From: Octopus bimaculoides
Taxonomy: Eukaryota
Assembly: GCF_001194135.2 (NCBI RefSeq)
Contig: NC_068990.1
Span: 84,596,325 to 84,642,192, forward strand
Length of the DNA stretch: 45,868 bases
Direction of reading: 5' to 3'
The notes beneath the pieces are model-generated. The model saw only the letters and a list, made by a program, of their open reading frames with translations, had not been told where the DNA came from and did no database searches. The translations under genes and the position numbers were made by a program. The first letter of the stretch is position 1, and every line of letters begins with the position of its first letter. Below, piece by piece: positions 26,046 to 37,681 of this stretch.

Positions 26046-26252
26046 GGCGAGCTGGCAGAAATCGTTAGCACACCGGACAAAATGCTTGGCGGCATTTCTT
26101 CTGGCTTACGTTCCGAGTTCAAATGCCGCTGAGGTCGACCATTGTTTTAGGATCGATAAAATAAGTATCGGCTGAGCACTGAAGTCGATCTAATCAACGA
26201 GCCGCCTGCCCCAAAATTTCAGGCCTTGTGCCTATAGTATAAAAGGATTATT
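26046..26252 (+). mobile_element. SINE family B copy
   Basis: GGCGAGCTGGCAGAAATCGTTAG head, GAGTTCAAAT B-box-like motif, GAGGTCGAC central domain, tail. Confidence 0.8.
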
Positions 26253-27074
26253 CATTGAAATCAGCCTTAATGAGCTTCACTCGGGAAATGCAGAATAAAG
26301 CGTTCTACCACAGAAGCCAATAAAGAAGCCCCTACGTGATCTAGTAGAAATAATAACCAGATCCCCCACACTGGATAAATGTACCCTCAGTTATAAAAAG
26401 ACGGAATGATCATGGTTGGACTCCCTAATAAAGTGTTCAATCAGAAATCCAACAAAATGCCTGTAGTGTTAATTGTACCTAATTATAAATTCGGTAATTT
26501 TTAAAAAACCTTACAATGATTTTATGGCACAAAAATATATTTAATGTGCACCAAAGCTTGAGTATGCCTATGCTTATAGATAGATAGATAGATTTTTAAA
26601 ATCTTTCGGATTACTTTTATTTTCAACAATGGAGATTACGATTGTGACATGACGGGGGGTGGGGTGCTTTTCAAATGTTTTATCCACTTCCTTCATCCAC
26701 GAGCACCATGTTTCGTTGTTTTTTTTTGTTTTTTTTTTAAACTTCTTGTGGAAATTTTTTGAGTGCTTGTTCTCACGTTTCTAAATACGGATATCACGAT
26801 TCTGGAAAAATAATCATTTATTCAAAATTTTTTTTCTTTGCTGTAATTACACAATTTTTCTTCCTCAGTTTTAAGATGTTCGTCGTTTCTTGAAGCTATG
26901 AAGGAAATTATGTAATTTACCTAAGATTATTTCAACAGAACTTTCTCATTTATGTGTCTATAATTTTGCTTCCAATAATTAAATAAATTTCACAGAAAAA
27001 ATTTTTTCCTTACATATCATCGAAACAAAACAATTAAAAATATATAATTTCCATTATTAATATTTCGAAATCGT

Positions 27075-28405
27075 TAAGGCGGCGAGCTGGCAGAATCGTT
27101 AGAACGCCGAGCAAAAAATGCTTAGCGGCATTTGATTCATCTTTATGTTCTGAGTTCAAATTTTATCAATGTCGACTTGGCCTTTCATCTTTCGGAGTCG
27201 ATAAAATAAGTACCATTTGATGACTGGCATCGATGAAATCGACTTACCCCCTCTTCCAAATTTGAAATCAATATTTGAAACCGTTAAGACGGCGAGCTAG
27301 CAGAATCTTTACCGCGCCAGCAAAACGCTCAGTGGCATTTCGTCCGTCTTTACGTTCTGAATTCAAATTCCACCAAGATCCACTTTGCCTTTCATCTTTT
27401 CAGAATCGATAAAACGAATATCAATTGAATACTAAATCAATTATCCTCCCAAAATTTCAGGTCTTGTGCCTATAGTGGAAAGGATTGTAAATATTATTTT
27501 AAATGGCGGCGAGAAGGCAGAATCGTTAGAGCGTCTGTAAAAATGCATTGGAATTTTTTTTCTGGCTCTGGGGTCAAATACCACTTAGGTCAACTTGGCC
27601 TTTCAGCTTTTCTAAGTCGATAAAATAAAGTCCCAGTCAAGTACTGGGGTCAATGTAATCGACTAATCGCGTCCCTTCAAAACTGCCGAGCGTTGTATTA
27701 CCTACATCACAAACCAAAGACGGCAAGCTAGTAAAATCGATAGAGCGTCGGACAAAATGCGTTGTGGTATTTGTTTCATATCTTTACACGCTGATCGACT
27801 AGTACTAATAGTAGTCGATGGCATGAATTGAGCCCTCTCCTCAAAATCGCCGTCCTTGAGCAAAGGTTCTGCCAACCCACCGCTTTTTTGGAGAGGGTGG
27901 GGAGTTAATGTAATCTACTAACCCCTTTCCCCAAAAAATTGCTGGCCTTAAGGCGGCGAGCAGGTAGAATTATTAGCACGCCGGGCAAACTGCTAAGCGA
28001 TATTTCGTCCGTCCTTACGGTCTGTGTTCAAATTCCGCCGAGGTCGACGTTGCCTTTCAACCTTTCAGGCATGATAAAATAAGTACCAGTTGAGCACTAA
28101 ATCGAATGTAATTGATTTACCCTCTCCCCCGAAATTATTGGCCTTGTGCCAAAATTTGAAACCATTATTATCATTATTCAGGTAGCGAAAAGGCAGAATC
28201 GCTAGCACACCGAGCTAAATGCTTAGCGGCATTTCGTTCGTTTTTGCGTTCCGAGTTGAAATTCCGCCGAGGTTCACTTTGCCTGTCATCCTTTTGGAAT
28301 CGATAAAATAAGTGCCAGTTGATTATTGGAGTCAATGTAATCGACTTATCCCCTCCCCCTGAAATTGTTGGCCTTGTGCCAAAATTTGAAACCATTATTA
28401 TTATT
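27075..28405 (+). mobile_element. Head-to-tail array of six SINE family B copies
   Basis: Heads at ~27075, 27285, 27501, 27717, 27948 and 28180, all in the same orientation. Confidence 0.85.
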
Positions 28406-30869
28406 AAGAAACAGTGGTTAATGGATGGCAAAATCGCGGTATTTAGTTACATCCTTTTATGATCTGCGTCCGAATTAGGAGAAAATCAACTATGTAGATG
28501 TCAACACGGAACTTGTGTTTATGTGAAAACTCTACCCCCAAAACCGAGCCCACTGCTTTCAAATAAAAAAAATAAATAAATAAAAAAAGGAGCGGGAGCA
28601 GAATAAAGGAATATTTTGATTGGATGACGATATATGCCCTAATATATGAAGACAAATTTACGAAGATATTCTTATACAACATTCTGTAAAATTCGTCATG
28701 AAAATGGCCATACACATGACCGAGATATTTTAGTATCAGTGTATGTAGCTTGTGTACATGCGGGAACACAAGTACCTATTTGTAAATCTTATTGTTCAGA
28801 TATCCCAGAACCATACCTTAACTAAAACCGATAAGAATGTGATAAGACATCTAAACCTGTCTAATTCTCTACACAGAAAAGAGGAACGTGCCATACAGGG
28901 ACGCAAACACACGCGCACACACACACACGGGTGTGCTGATACGCTGTAAATCTAAGCGCTTTCTGGACGTGAAACCCGGATAATCCAATAGACCGGCCCT
29001 ATTTATCTTTATATATATATATTATATGGATGCTTATTTTTTATATTCGTACTTCCTAATGCTTCTTGCATGTGTATTAAACTTATTTTAGCTCTGCTTA
29101 GAGCATTAAGCAGTTAATCCATCACATAAACCTATATCGATAGTTATATTTGAATAATTATGTATATGTGTGTCTTAGAAATAACAGCCAACACTCAGTC
29201 AAACCACAATCTAACACATTGAGCAATATAGACATAGATACAGTGTCTGGAAATGAAATAGGGCAGTCATAGCCGGATCTAGTGGGATCAGGACTGACAA
29301 AACACAAAACAGCTTGCCTACACTGAACCAAAACTGAAAAAGGATCGTGTACAGAGAAAAATGCTTTAATTTACTCCTACCCTCTTGATTTGTATGTTTG
29401 TAAATGAAATTTTAAAATTCTGACATAAGGCAATAAAGAAAATAGGATTAACCTTTATTTAGAGAAAACAGGCCGAAGATAGGCAAGGGCCATGCCTTAA
29501 GTTTTCCTGGTTGATCTTATATTCAGTTTATGGGGTTTTTGAAAAAAGAATTAGCGTACTGATCAAACCGGAAAACAAATATGAACAGCAATTCTTAAAG
29601 GGAGATATAAGTTTAAACGGCTAAGATCAGCGGGGGGTAGATAAGTAGGTTGAAAGCTATGCGAGATAGTCACCTTAAACAAAACAGCTCAGGACAACAC
29701 AAATTAAGTTCAAATCACACGTCCCGGAAATCAAGTTTTCAAACGAGATTCGATTACCCCCACATCACTGTATGTATACCACTAATGTCTGTAGGTAAAG
29801 TATGAACGGGGCATAAAATTCGACGACTAAAATCATTTTCCCACTGTTTTTACAAATGGGTACACATAAAATTTCCGCGACGAAAATTCGCAGTTTATTT
29901 GACATATGATTCGCTCGTTAGCTACTCCCAAAAGAACCCGAATATCCACAAGCACTGTTCCTATACGACTTTGCACACAAATTCGATTAGTGTAACTTAA
30001 ATGTTTGGTTGAGTTTGACTGGAGAAAATCACAAAATAAATACTAAACTGATGTGTGATCGCAAATAAACATGTATGCACATGTAAAGAGACAATTACAT
30101 ACACACACAAACATGTTTGTTTGTGTGTGTATGTGTATAACACAGATAGATAGATAGTTAGATAGATAGGTAGATTGTGTGTGAGTACAAACAAACAGGC
30201 GAAGATATGTGTCAACATATACGGCGAACACAATTCACTTTTTAAGAAAATATCAGTATGTGCAACAGGCATTTAAGCAAGTACATAAATTCATGCACAA
30301 TTATACATATGTAGCGGACACATAACTATCTATATATACATTCATGCATACATACATGACGACCATTTATTTACATGATTTTTCCTTTTTTTTTTTCTTT
30401 TAAACTTATCAATTATAAATAAACTTTACATATATAATTTGCCAAGTAGGTGTGTTACAAAAAAATTACCGGTAATTAGCAACGAGCTTAAAATTTTTAA
30501 ATGTCATTAGTTTTTTTGCTGACAGAAATTTTAAGTTTCACAAAAACTTGTATTCGAGTAGAGGTTTCATGTAACTGATTGTAAAACTTGTTTTTCATAA
30601 GCTTAAGATGTTTGATATTCTTTATATTTCACTATAAAAATACTTTCTAAAAATGAGTTCCAAATGGCATTATCGGGTACCTAAATGAATGGGGGAGGGG
30701 AACATTTTCTTTAATACGTTAATAATTCGAAATATTATAATGGTCATAAATCAATCAAAAATATTAAAATTTTCTGAACTTTAAGCGGGATTAAGTCTGT
30801 CCTCAGCACACCTCTAAGAAAACCTTAAGGTAAAGAACCGTGTAATAATAAAGTTAAATTTATATTTAC

Positions 30870-31784
30870 CTGTTCCTTAGCGTATTGAAACCAGGTGTCT
30901 AAGACAATCTTCAGTCGACTTTCGTGGAATTTTTCCGTTGTTTTAACACTAATAAAAATATCGTTTAATGTTGTAGGTCTACTGTTTAGATTAAACCGAA
31001 GTGCCGAAAGCTTAGATTGCGATGTAGTTAAACTTGAAGATGATGATGACTGTAGTCTTTTCAACAGCGAACTGCTTTTACTATTGGATTGTTCCGGGTC
31101 TGGCACTTTCAAAACTGTTTTGAGATTACTGGGGTATAATTTCTCTTTGAATACACTTTGATTATCGACTTTAGATTTCTCGCCACTGCTGTCGGATTTT
31201 GGGGTTCCAACTTTCCGTTGCTGAACAGGTTCTAAATTAGTTCCTTGGTTAGAATACTTCCCAGACAAAATTGCAACAAGTGGGGATTCAATGTAAATTA
31301 CATTGGCATTTCGACGTTTTCTTTTAGTCTGAAGATCTAAAAGAGAGCGCGTGTCTCCGGAATCAACAGGTTGATTAAATCTCCAAAAGTTTTTCACTTG
31401 TACTTGGTCCCCTCCTTTATTTTCCGCATTATCAATTTCTAACAGGCGACCGGCCACGATTATAACATTTTCTCGTAAAACATGTTGGCTGTTAGGCTGT
31501 ACATCGTAATCAACTAAAATCTTCTTCCCAATGTTGTTCGATGCTGATTTTTTAAACTTATGGTCAGCACTCAACAGGTCCTGCTTCGGTGGATGTTTTG
31601 GCCATTTGGGCATAAAATAATCGAAATATACAAAATTCAAGAAAAGAAAACAAGCAACATAAATAATTGTCTGTACCGATTTTAGCAAGGTGATGCGCAT
31701 GGCCACCTTCTTTTGATTGTCTCGACAACCTGCATTTGAAGACGAATCGTCAAGTTGATGAAAATAACAACACAGCCGAGACAT
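30870..31784 (-). CDS. fng: Fringe glycosyltransferase (LFNG/RFNG/MFNG/fng family), first coding exon; gene continues after an intron toward lower coordinates
   Basis: ORF 30825-31784 ends ...NDIFISVKTTEKFHESRLKIVLDTWFQYAKEQ, matching the conserved start of the Fringe catalytic domain as recalled (Drosophila DDIFISVKTTKNYHDTRL..IKTWFQ; human LFNG DVFIAVKTTKKFHRARL..LETW). Hydrophobic type II anchor at aa ~39-57. Similarity stops at CAG|GTAAAT (phase-0 donor, GT at 30869-30868). The more likely start is Met29 at 31700 (GGTGGCCATG). Confidence 0.93.
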
Positions 31785-32120
31785 ATAAGCGGATGAAATG
31801 TGCGGGCGTATGTGTGTCGATATGTGTGATTAAGTTGAAGGTGTGGGATAATCGCTAAATGTTAGAGTTTTGTTGTCAAAACATAACAGGAAATAAAAAA
31901 AAGCTTTCCTTCCCTCTTTCTGCCTCTCATCAATATACACATAACAAAGTTTCTCGTTCCCCCCTCTCCTGAAAAAGTATCGTATCACTTAAAAGGAAAC
32001 CATGGGAAAATGACCAGTCAATATAACCTCAACCAACCAGCGGAGGTCACGGGTCAAAGTTTGCTGCGCATGCTCAGTGCGGTGAAACCGAACACGCCAA
32101 GCAAACGTGTTGTCAGTGGA
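31785..32120 (-). promoter_or_regulatory. Putative fringe 5' UTR / proximal promoter
   Basis: CpG-containing unique sequence directly upstream of the ORF, with AGGTCAcGGGTCA (32044-32056) and TGCGCATGCTCA (32065-32076). The TSS was not determined. Confidence 0.55.
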
Positions 32121-33429
32121 TAATAATGTTTACGTTATTTTCAACTTGATGTTTTCCCAGGTTTTCATACATTACGACTACAATATGTTAGATATATGAA
32201 CAGTTATCGTGTGTCGTTCATATGAAGTACACGAATGTCGTCAGCAAAACCATTAATAATAAATGTGAGAACTATCGAAGGTGGAGTTCTCTTCAACTAA
32301 TAAGCCTTCCTACCTCTCTTTCTCTATTTTCACACACAAACACACCCTCTTTAGCTCACAGTTTTCCTTTACTCTTATTTAGTTGTATGTCTTCTCCCTC
32401 TCTCTCTCTTTCTTTCTCTCTCTCTCTCTCTCGCACATACACACCGATCTCTTCACTCTGAGACTCACACAAACTCATCTCTCTGTCACTTCCTATATTT
32501 ATCTGTCGCACCTTGTCTCTCGCTTTCACCATCTGTATTTTCTTCAACTCCTGTTTCCCCCAACATCTTTATAGTCTCTCTGTTTCCATTCTCTCTGTCA
32601 CGCTTTCTTTCACCCTATCTCCGTTTCTTTCTCACTTTCCAACTATTTACGCCACACCGCCCTCTTTTTCTTTTTTATTTCACTGGGGAAAGCAACTAGG
32701 AAATATTTTTATTAGCCTAATTAATATGCTTTTATTTATATCATTTCATTCTTCTCATCTCGTTTTTTTGTTCGTGCTTTTTGTTTTTACATATTATCAG
32801 TATTATTATTCATAAAGAAAACATATTCATTTATCATATTGATAACGGAGTTCATGTAGCTTATCTTGTCAAGGGAACGAAGCTCTCAAAAACGGTATTC
32901 CCACTGCCACATCAATGTTCGAACTTGTAGATATAAAACCATACTTCACGGTCATTTAAATTCATTGAATCAACTGTGGAACGTATAGTATGGGAATTTT
33001 AGAAGTGCCATGCTTTTGTTTTATCTATGGGAAATATTTGATAAAGTAATAAAGTTTTCGGCATATTATGCAGAACTTTTATACAATTAACAATAAAAAG
33101 AATTAAATGGGTGATAAAATATAAAGATTTATAACTTGGGCGCCAGGCAATTTTAGACGAGCGGGTACTTGACAGGTATTTACTCTATCGATCCCACCGA
33201 TCGATAGAGTAAAGAAAAGTCGGTATCTGTAGGGTTTATATTCAAAGAATAATGTAACTAAATACCACAAGGTATTTTGTCCAACTCTCTATTGATTCTG
33301 CTACTCACAGCCCTTAAGACATCCACCATCGTCCATACACATGACAGAGAAATAGCAAATATTCTACGAAAATGCAACGAATTTAATAAATTCCAAATCA
33401 ATTTGGAGAGGAAAAAGAGCCCTTGCGAC

Positions 33430-33593
33430 CACTAGCATAACTAGAATATGTGCCATCCGGGACGGCCCTTCTGTTTGCCGCCCCCGAACCCCATAAAAAT
33501 ACAGTGCCTACAGCAATAGCCTATGACAGGCTGTAAAGTGCCGCCCGGAACGGACCGCCTCTACCGCCACCCTCACCCTCAGCTACGCTAGTG
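33430..33593. mobile_element. hAT-type MITE
   Basis: TIRs CACTAGCATAACT / AGCTACGCTAGTG (11/13); degenerate 8-bp TSD CTTGCGAC/CTTACGAT. Confidence 0.7.
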
Positions 33594-33951
33594 CTTACGA
33601 TACCCAGAAATAATTCGTCCACATGAAACTGGCTTTGTCCTTGTCGTCTCCACTCAGGCATTCCAATCCTGCTCATCTCTCATCACTCTCGTGTTCACCT
33701 ACCCAACATCAGGTCCCGCAGCAATCAATCACTGCAACCAATTCCTCCTTCCCAAGATACCGACCCTCTGAATTCCCTTCCTTGTTCATCTTTCCCGCAC
33801 GTGTTGAGTTTTCGGAAACAATGATGATTTCTAACATAGGTACGAGACCACAGCTTTTAAGGAAGCGGGTGTAGTCGGTTCAATTGACCCTGTATTTAGT
33901 CATAATTGACACCGGTGAAATTTTAACCAAATATCTAAAGTGGTATAATTA

Positions 33952-34409
33952 CAATGCCGTCTTAAGGCATGGGCACACTAGCCCGAAGGCCTCGTGGGTC
34001 TAGGAGCCCGATTATGATCTAAGTATACTATGGCTTGCCGTTAATAAAAGAATACTCTAGGGCAGGGGTTTTCAAACTGTGCTCCGCAGACCACAGGGTT
34101 CCGCAAGGACAAGGGGGTCTGTGGACAGCAAATACTTTTTATGGGTAATTTGATTTTATATATGTTTTTTAATCGAAATTTTTTAATTGACAATAAACCT
34201 ATTTGTTAAATGCTGTTAAATAAATAAATGCAAAAATATATGTTATTTTAAGCAAATATTTATGTATAAATTTCATAAGCATTTATAAGGGGATCCCTAA
34301 GGTAAAGCCTGAAATATAAAGGGGTCCGCAAGTCAAAAAGTTTGAAAACCCCTGCTCTAGGGCATAGTGCATTGATTTGCCCGGAGCCTGTGATGCTAAG
34401 ACGGCCCTG
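33952..34409. mobile_element. Older MITE (CAGGGCCGTCTTA-type ends) hosting a nested insertion
   Basis: CAATGCCGTCTTAAG ... CTAAGACGGCCCTG; TSD not clear. Confidence 0.55.
34063..34354. mobile_element. hAT-Charlie-like MITE (nested)
   Basis: Perfect TIR CAGGGGTTTTCAAACT / AGTTTGAAAACCCCTG; perfect 8-bp TSD CTCTAGGG (34055-34062, 34355-34362). Confidence 0.92.
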
Positions 34410-34891
34410 TGTAGTATAAAATTTTGGCCTACGCTCATTGAACCTACCATCATTTAATGTTAATAATAATAATCCTTTTTTACTATAGGCACTAGGCCTG
34501 AAAAAATTGTGGGAAGGAGCCAGTCGATTATATAGACCCTAGTCCTCGACTAGTATTTATTTTGTTGACCCCAAAAGGATAATAGACGAAGTCGACCTGA
34601 GTGGCCTTTGAACTTAGATTATTGTTTCAAATTGTGTTACAAAGCCAGCACTATTTAGGTGAAGGGGCTTAGCCAATGGCATAGAACCCAGTGCGCAACT
34701 GGGACTTTATTTTATTGACTCCGATAAGATGAAAGGCAAATAAGTTAAAAACAAAAGAACTGGAAAGAGAAAAAAAAGTAAATATTTTAAATGCTTTTGC
34801 TTGATGGGGGAGGGGGAAATTGAAATATCTGTTGAATCCTGATAATATTTTGTAAAAAAAAAAAAAAAAAAAAAGCAATAATAATAATAGA

Positions 34892-35040
34892 TAGGGCCGT
34901 GCCTAGGGTTGCTGGCACCCCGGGCAAGCTGAACTTCGGCATGTACAAGCTGACGGTCTTGGAAATTTCCTCGTCTTTGTCACGCCCTCCTTGACGCCCT
35001 GGGCGACTGTCCGAGTTGCCGGTACCTTGAGCCGGCCTTG
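34892..35040. mobile_element. hAT-type MITE
   Basis: Imperfect TIRs TAGGGCCGTGCC / GAGCCGGCCTTG; perfect 8-bp TSD ATAATAGA (34884-34891, 35041-35048). Confidence 0.85.
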
Positions 35041-36320
35041 ATAATAGATCAAGGTGGGGTGGCTATTCAATTCGCCCGTCTGGAGATTGATGAATAATAT
35101 TAATATTTCGACTTTCATTTTCTGATCATGAAATGAAAGAATACCCTACATTTAAACCAATGTGATTTCTATGACACAGAAAGGGTTTCAAATTCCGACA
35201 GGGCCGGTTTTAGCCAGTCAAATAATACTTGATCTAATCAACGATAATCGCTTCTCCCAAATCTAGGCTTGATAATTATGTTAGAAATCATTATGGCTTA
35301 AGTACCGCTAATTTTGAATAATTTAGTTTGCATTGTTCATATTTAAAAATGCTTTTTGTGCAAAGTAACTTAAATTTCTAATATATCTTTCAGTATTTCT
35401 GTTAATCTGCCTAACACTGTAAGGAAAGCAACTCCGTTCTTTTTTCGTTACGACGTGCTAAATTATTTCAGTAGTTGAGTCAGCGTTAACTTATTTTATG
35501 GAGTAAGCATAAAAATTCTAATTAGAAAAATTTATCTCGGTGGTTTTTATGAACGTGCTAGTTTATTTCTACTTTGCGGATATTTATACTTATCTATATT
35601 TACTATGCAATGCAGATATACAGAGGAATGCCTGTATGTAGCCCTTACATTTTGGATATCAAATCGTGAACAATTACGTTATGAATCATTGTTTGGTCGC
35701 TAAACTAACAGCCGCTTAATTTTTAGGAAATGGCTTATTTCTCGATTTAATTAAAGTGTACGAATACACATGCGTGTACGCGCGACTTGCTAGTCACCTG
35801 AGCGCACAAAATATGTGCGTTTATAATCTACTCCTTAAACTACATTCCTTAATCATTCAGATAGGTATTTAATTCCTTTTGTTTTGCTTATATCTGGGTA
35901 AAACAAGTTTTGAAGAATAAAAATATCATTCAATGGTAGAGTTGATCGCTGTTATCATCAGAATTATTTTATACGTATCTAGACTCAATCACTTAGCGCA
36001 AGATGTTAAAATTAAATTTCGCGCAAATCTGAAGACAGCGATTAATTACTCCAGAGTATCGTCCCTTGAATTCTTATATCGAATACAAGTATTCGGTTGT
36101 GAATCAACGACATAATTAGTACGATATTTGTTGTTTAGCCAAAGTTTGCTATGATCCACCAAAGTTGTGATCTCAGGCATCCAAGCCGTGACTATTCCAT
36201 CTTTTGTTGTTGGATTACATTACCGTATCTGTAATATGATAGAGATTCAGCAGCAGGTCGAGTGTGGCTAGGTAGAGGGTCCCTCTGCCCTGGTAATATG
36301 AAATACAATTAGCTGAACCT

Positions 36321-36362
<42 letters not shown>

Positions 36363-36365
<3 letters not shown>

Positions 36366-36443
36366 TCTTCTGTCACAAGTATTTGCGCCAAGTCTCCAGC
36401 ATAGGAATAACTTCTTCCCACCAGTCTCTGAGCCCCTGAAAAC

Positions 36444-36502
<59 letters not shown>

Positions 36503-37053
36503 GTATTATAGGTAGCTCTACCCATCAATCGATGATTAGTTTTAATAATGTCTGTTATGATGGAGGACCGTGGAATTTGTAACGTATATGCTTTTTCAAA
36601 TACATTCGCAGACCAAGTGAAAAGGATAGGACTAGGAATGGAACCAGGCTCGCTTTTACTCTACTTGATTGATCTTATTTCCAGTGAAAACGGGCCTAAA
36701 GAAATTATGGACATTGCCTTTCATCAGGCCTGGAAATATGTTATACATAGGTATGTAACTTTGGCACAAAACAGATGCCTGATAAACAGGTATAATCAAT
36801 TTATTTAATCGACAGTAAGTACTTCATCAGTACAATAAAACATTGCAGATTTGAATTTGTGAATTGGTAGACGCTTCACCTCACTAACAAATGAAGATTC
36901 TCTGAGAAATAGCAGAACCCGATAAAACTAATGACTGTTTATTAATGATTTAAGAAGTTCAGTACCTTGATAGTTTTCAGGGGCTCAGAGACTGGTGGGA
37001 AGAAGTTATTCTTATGCTGGAGACTTGGCGCAAATACTTGTGACAGAAGAGAA
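36363..37053. mobile_element. TA-flanked MITE with 83-bp TIRs (Tc1/mariner-like by TSD)
   Basis: 36363-36445 and 36971-37053 are reverse complements with one mismatch. TA lies on both sides, and there is an internal (GATA)n. Confidence 0.88.
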
Positions 37054-37504
37054 TAATGCTAAAGGAAGCCAAAAGTCAAGTAGTGGTCTGCTTCGGCAGA
37101 CGATAAGTATAAAAATTCACAAAGTGAAATAATTGATTTTGCCACAAAAAAAGTCTGTTTCTCGTGGAACACTTCGTTAGGGTGGGGAGAGAGAGGGGGG
37201 ATATGAAAGGTTTGCTTATAGTGTTCAATATACATCGCAAAACTACAAATCGTAACGGAAAGAATACAGTACAACAAAGGCAAAAACTGTGACACCCGAT
37301 GTAATATTGGGTTTTAGAGGTATTTTTCCTAAAACAGCTTTAACAGCCTCCCAGGAGAAATAGGACCTTAATGTATCAACTGCTAGAAAAATTTAGAAAA
37401 TGAAAATTAAGATTCAGTTAAAGCTTTCAACCGTCGGAAATTAATAAATTTACTTCAATGACTTTTAAAGATATGTAGTATATTTATAAAACTCAGAAGT
37501 ATGA

Positions 37505-37670
37505 TACTGGTTTCAAATTTTGGTACAAGACCAGCAATTTTGAGGGTGGAGCAAAGTTGATTACATCGACCCCAGTGCTCAACTGGGACTTATTTTATCG
37601 ACCTCGAAAGAATGACGTCGGTGGAATTTGAACTCAGAACGCAAAGACGGACGAAATGCTGCTAATTCTT
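37505..37670 (-). mobile_element. SINE family B copy
   Basis: Reverse complement of the copies at 27948-28405. Confidence 0.8.
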
Positions 37671-37681
37671 CACCCTATGAG

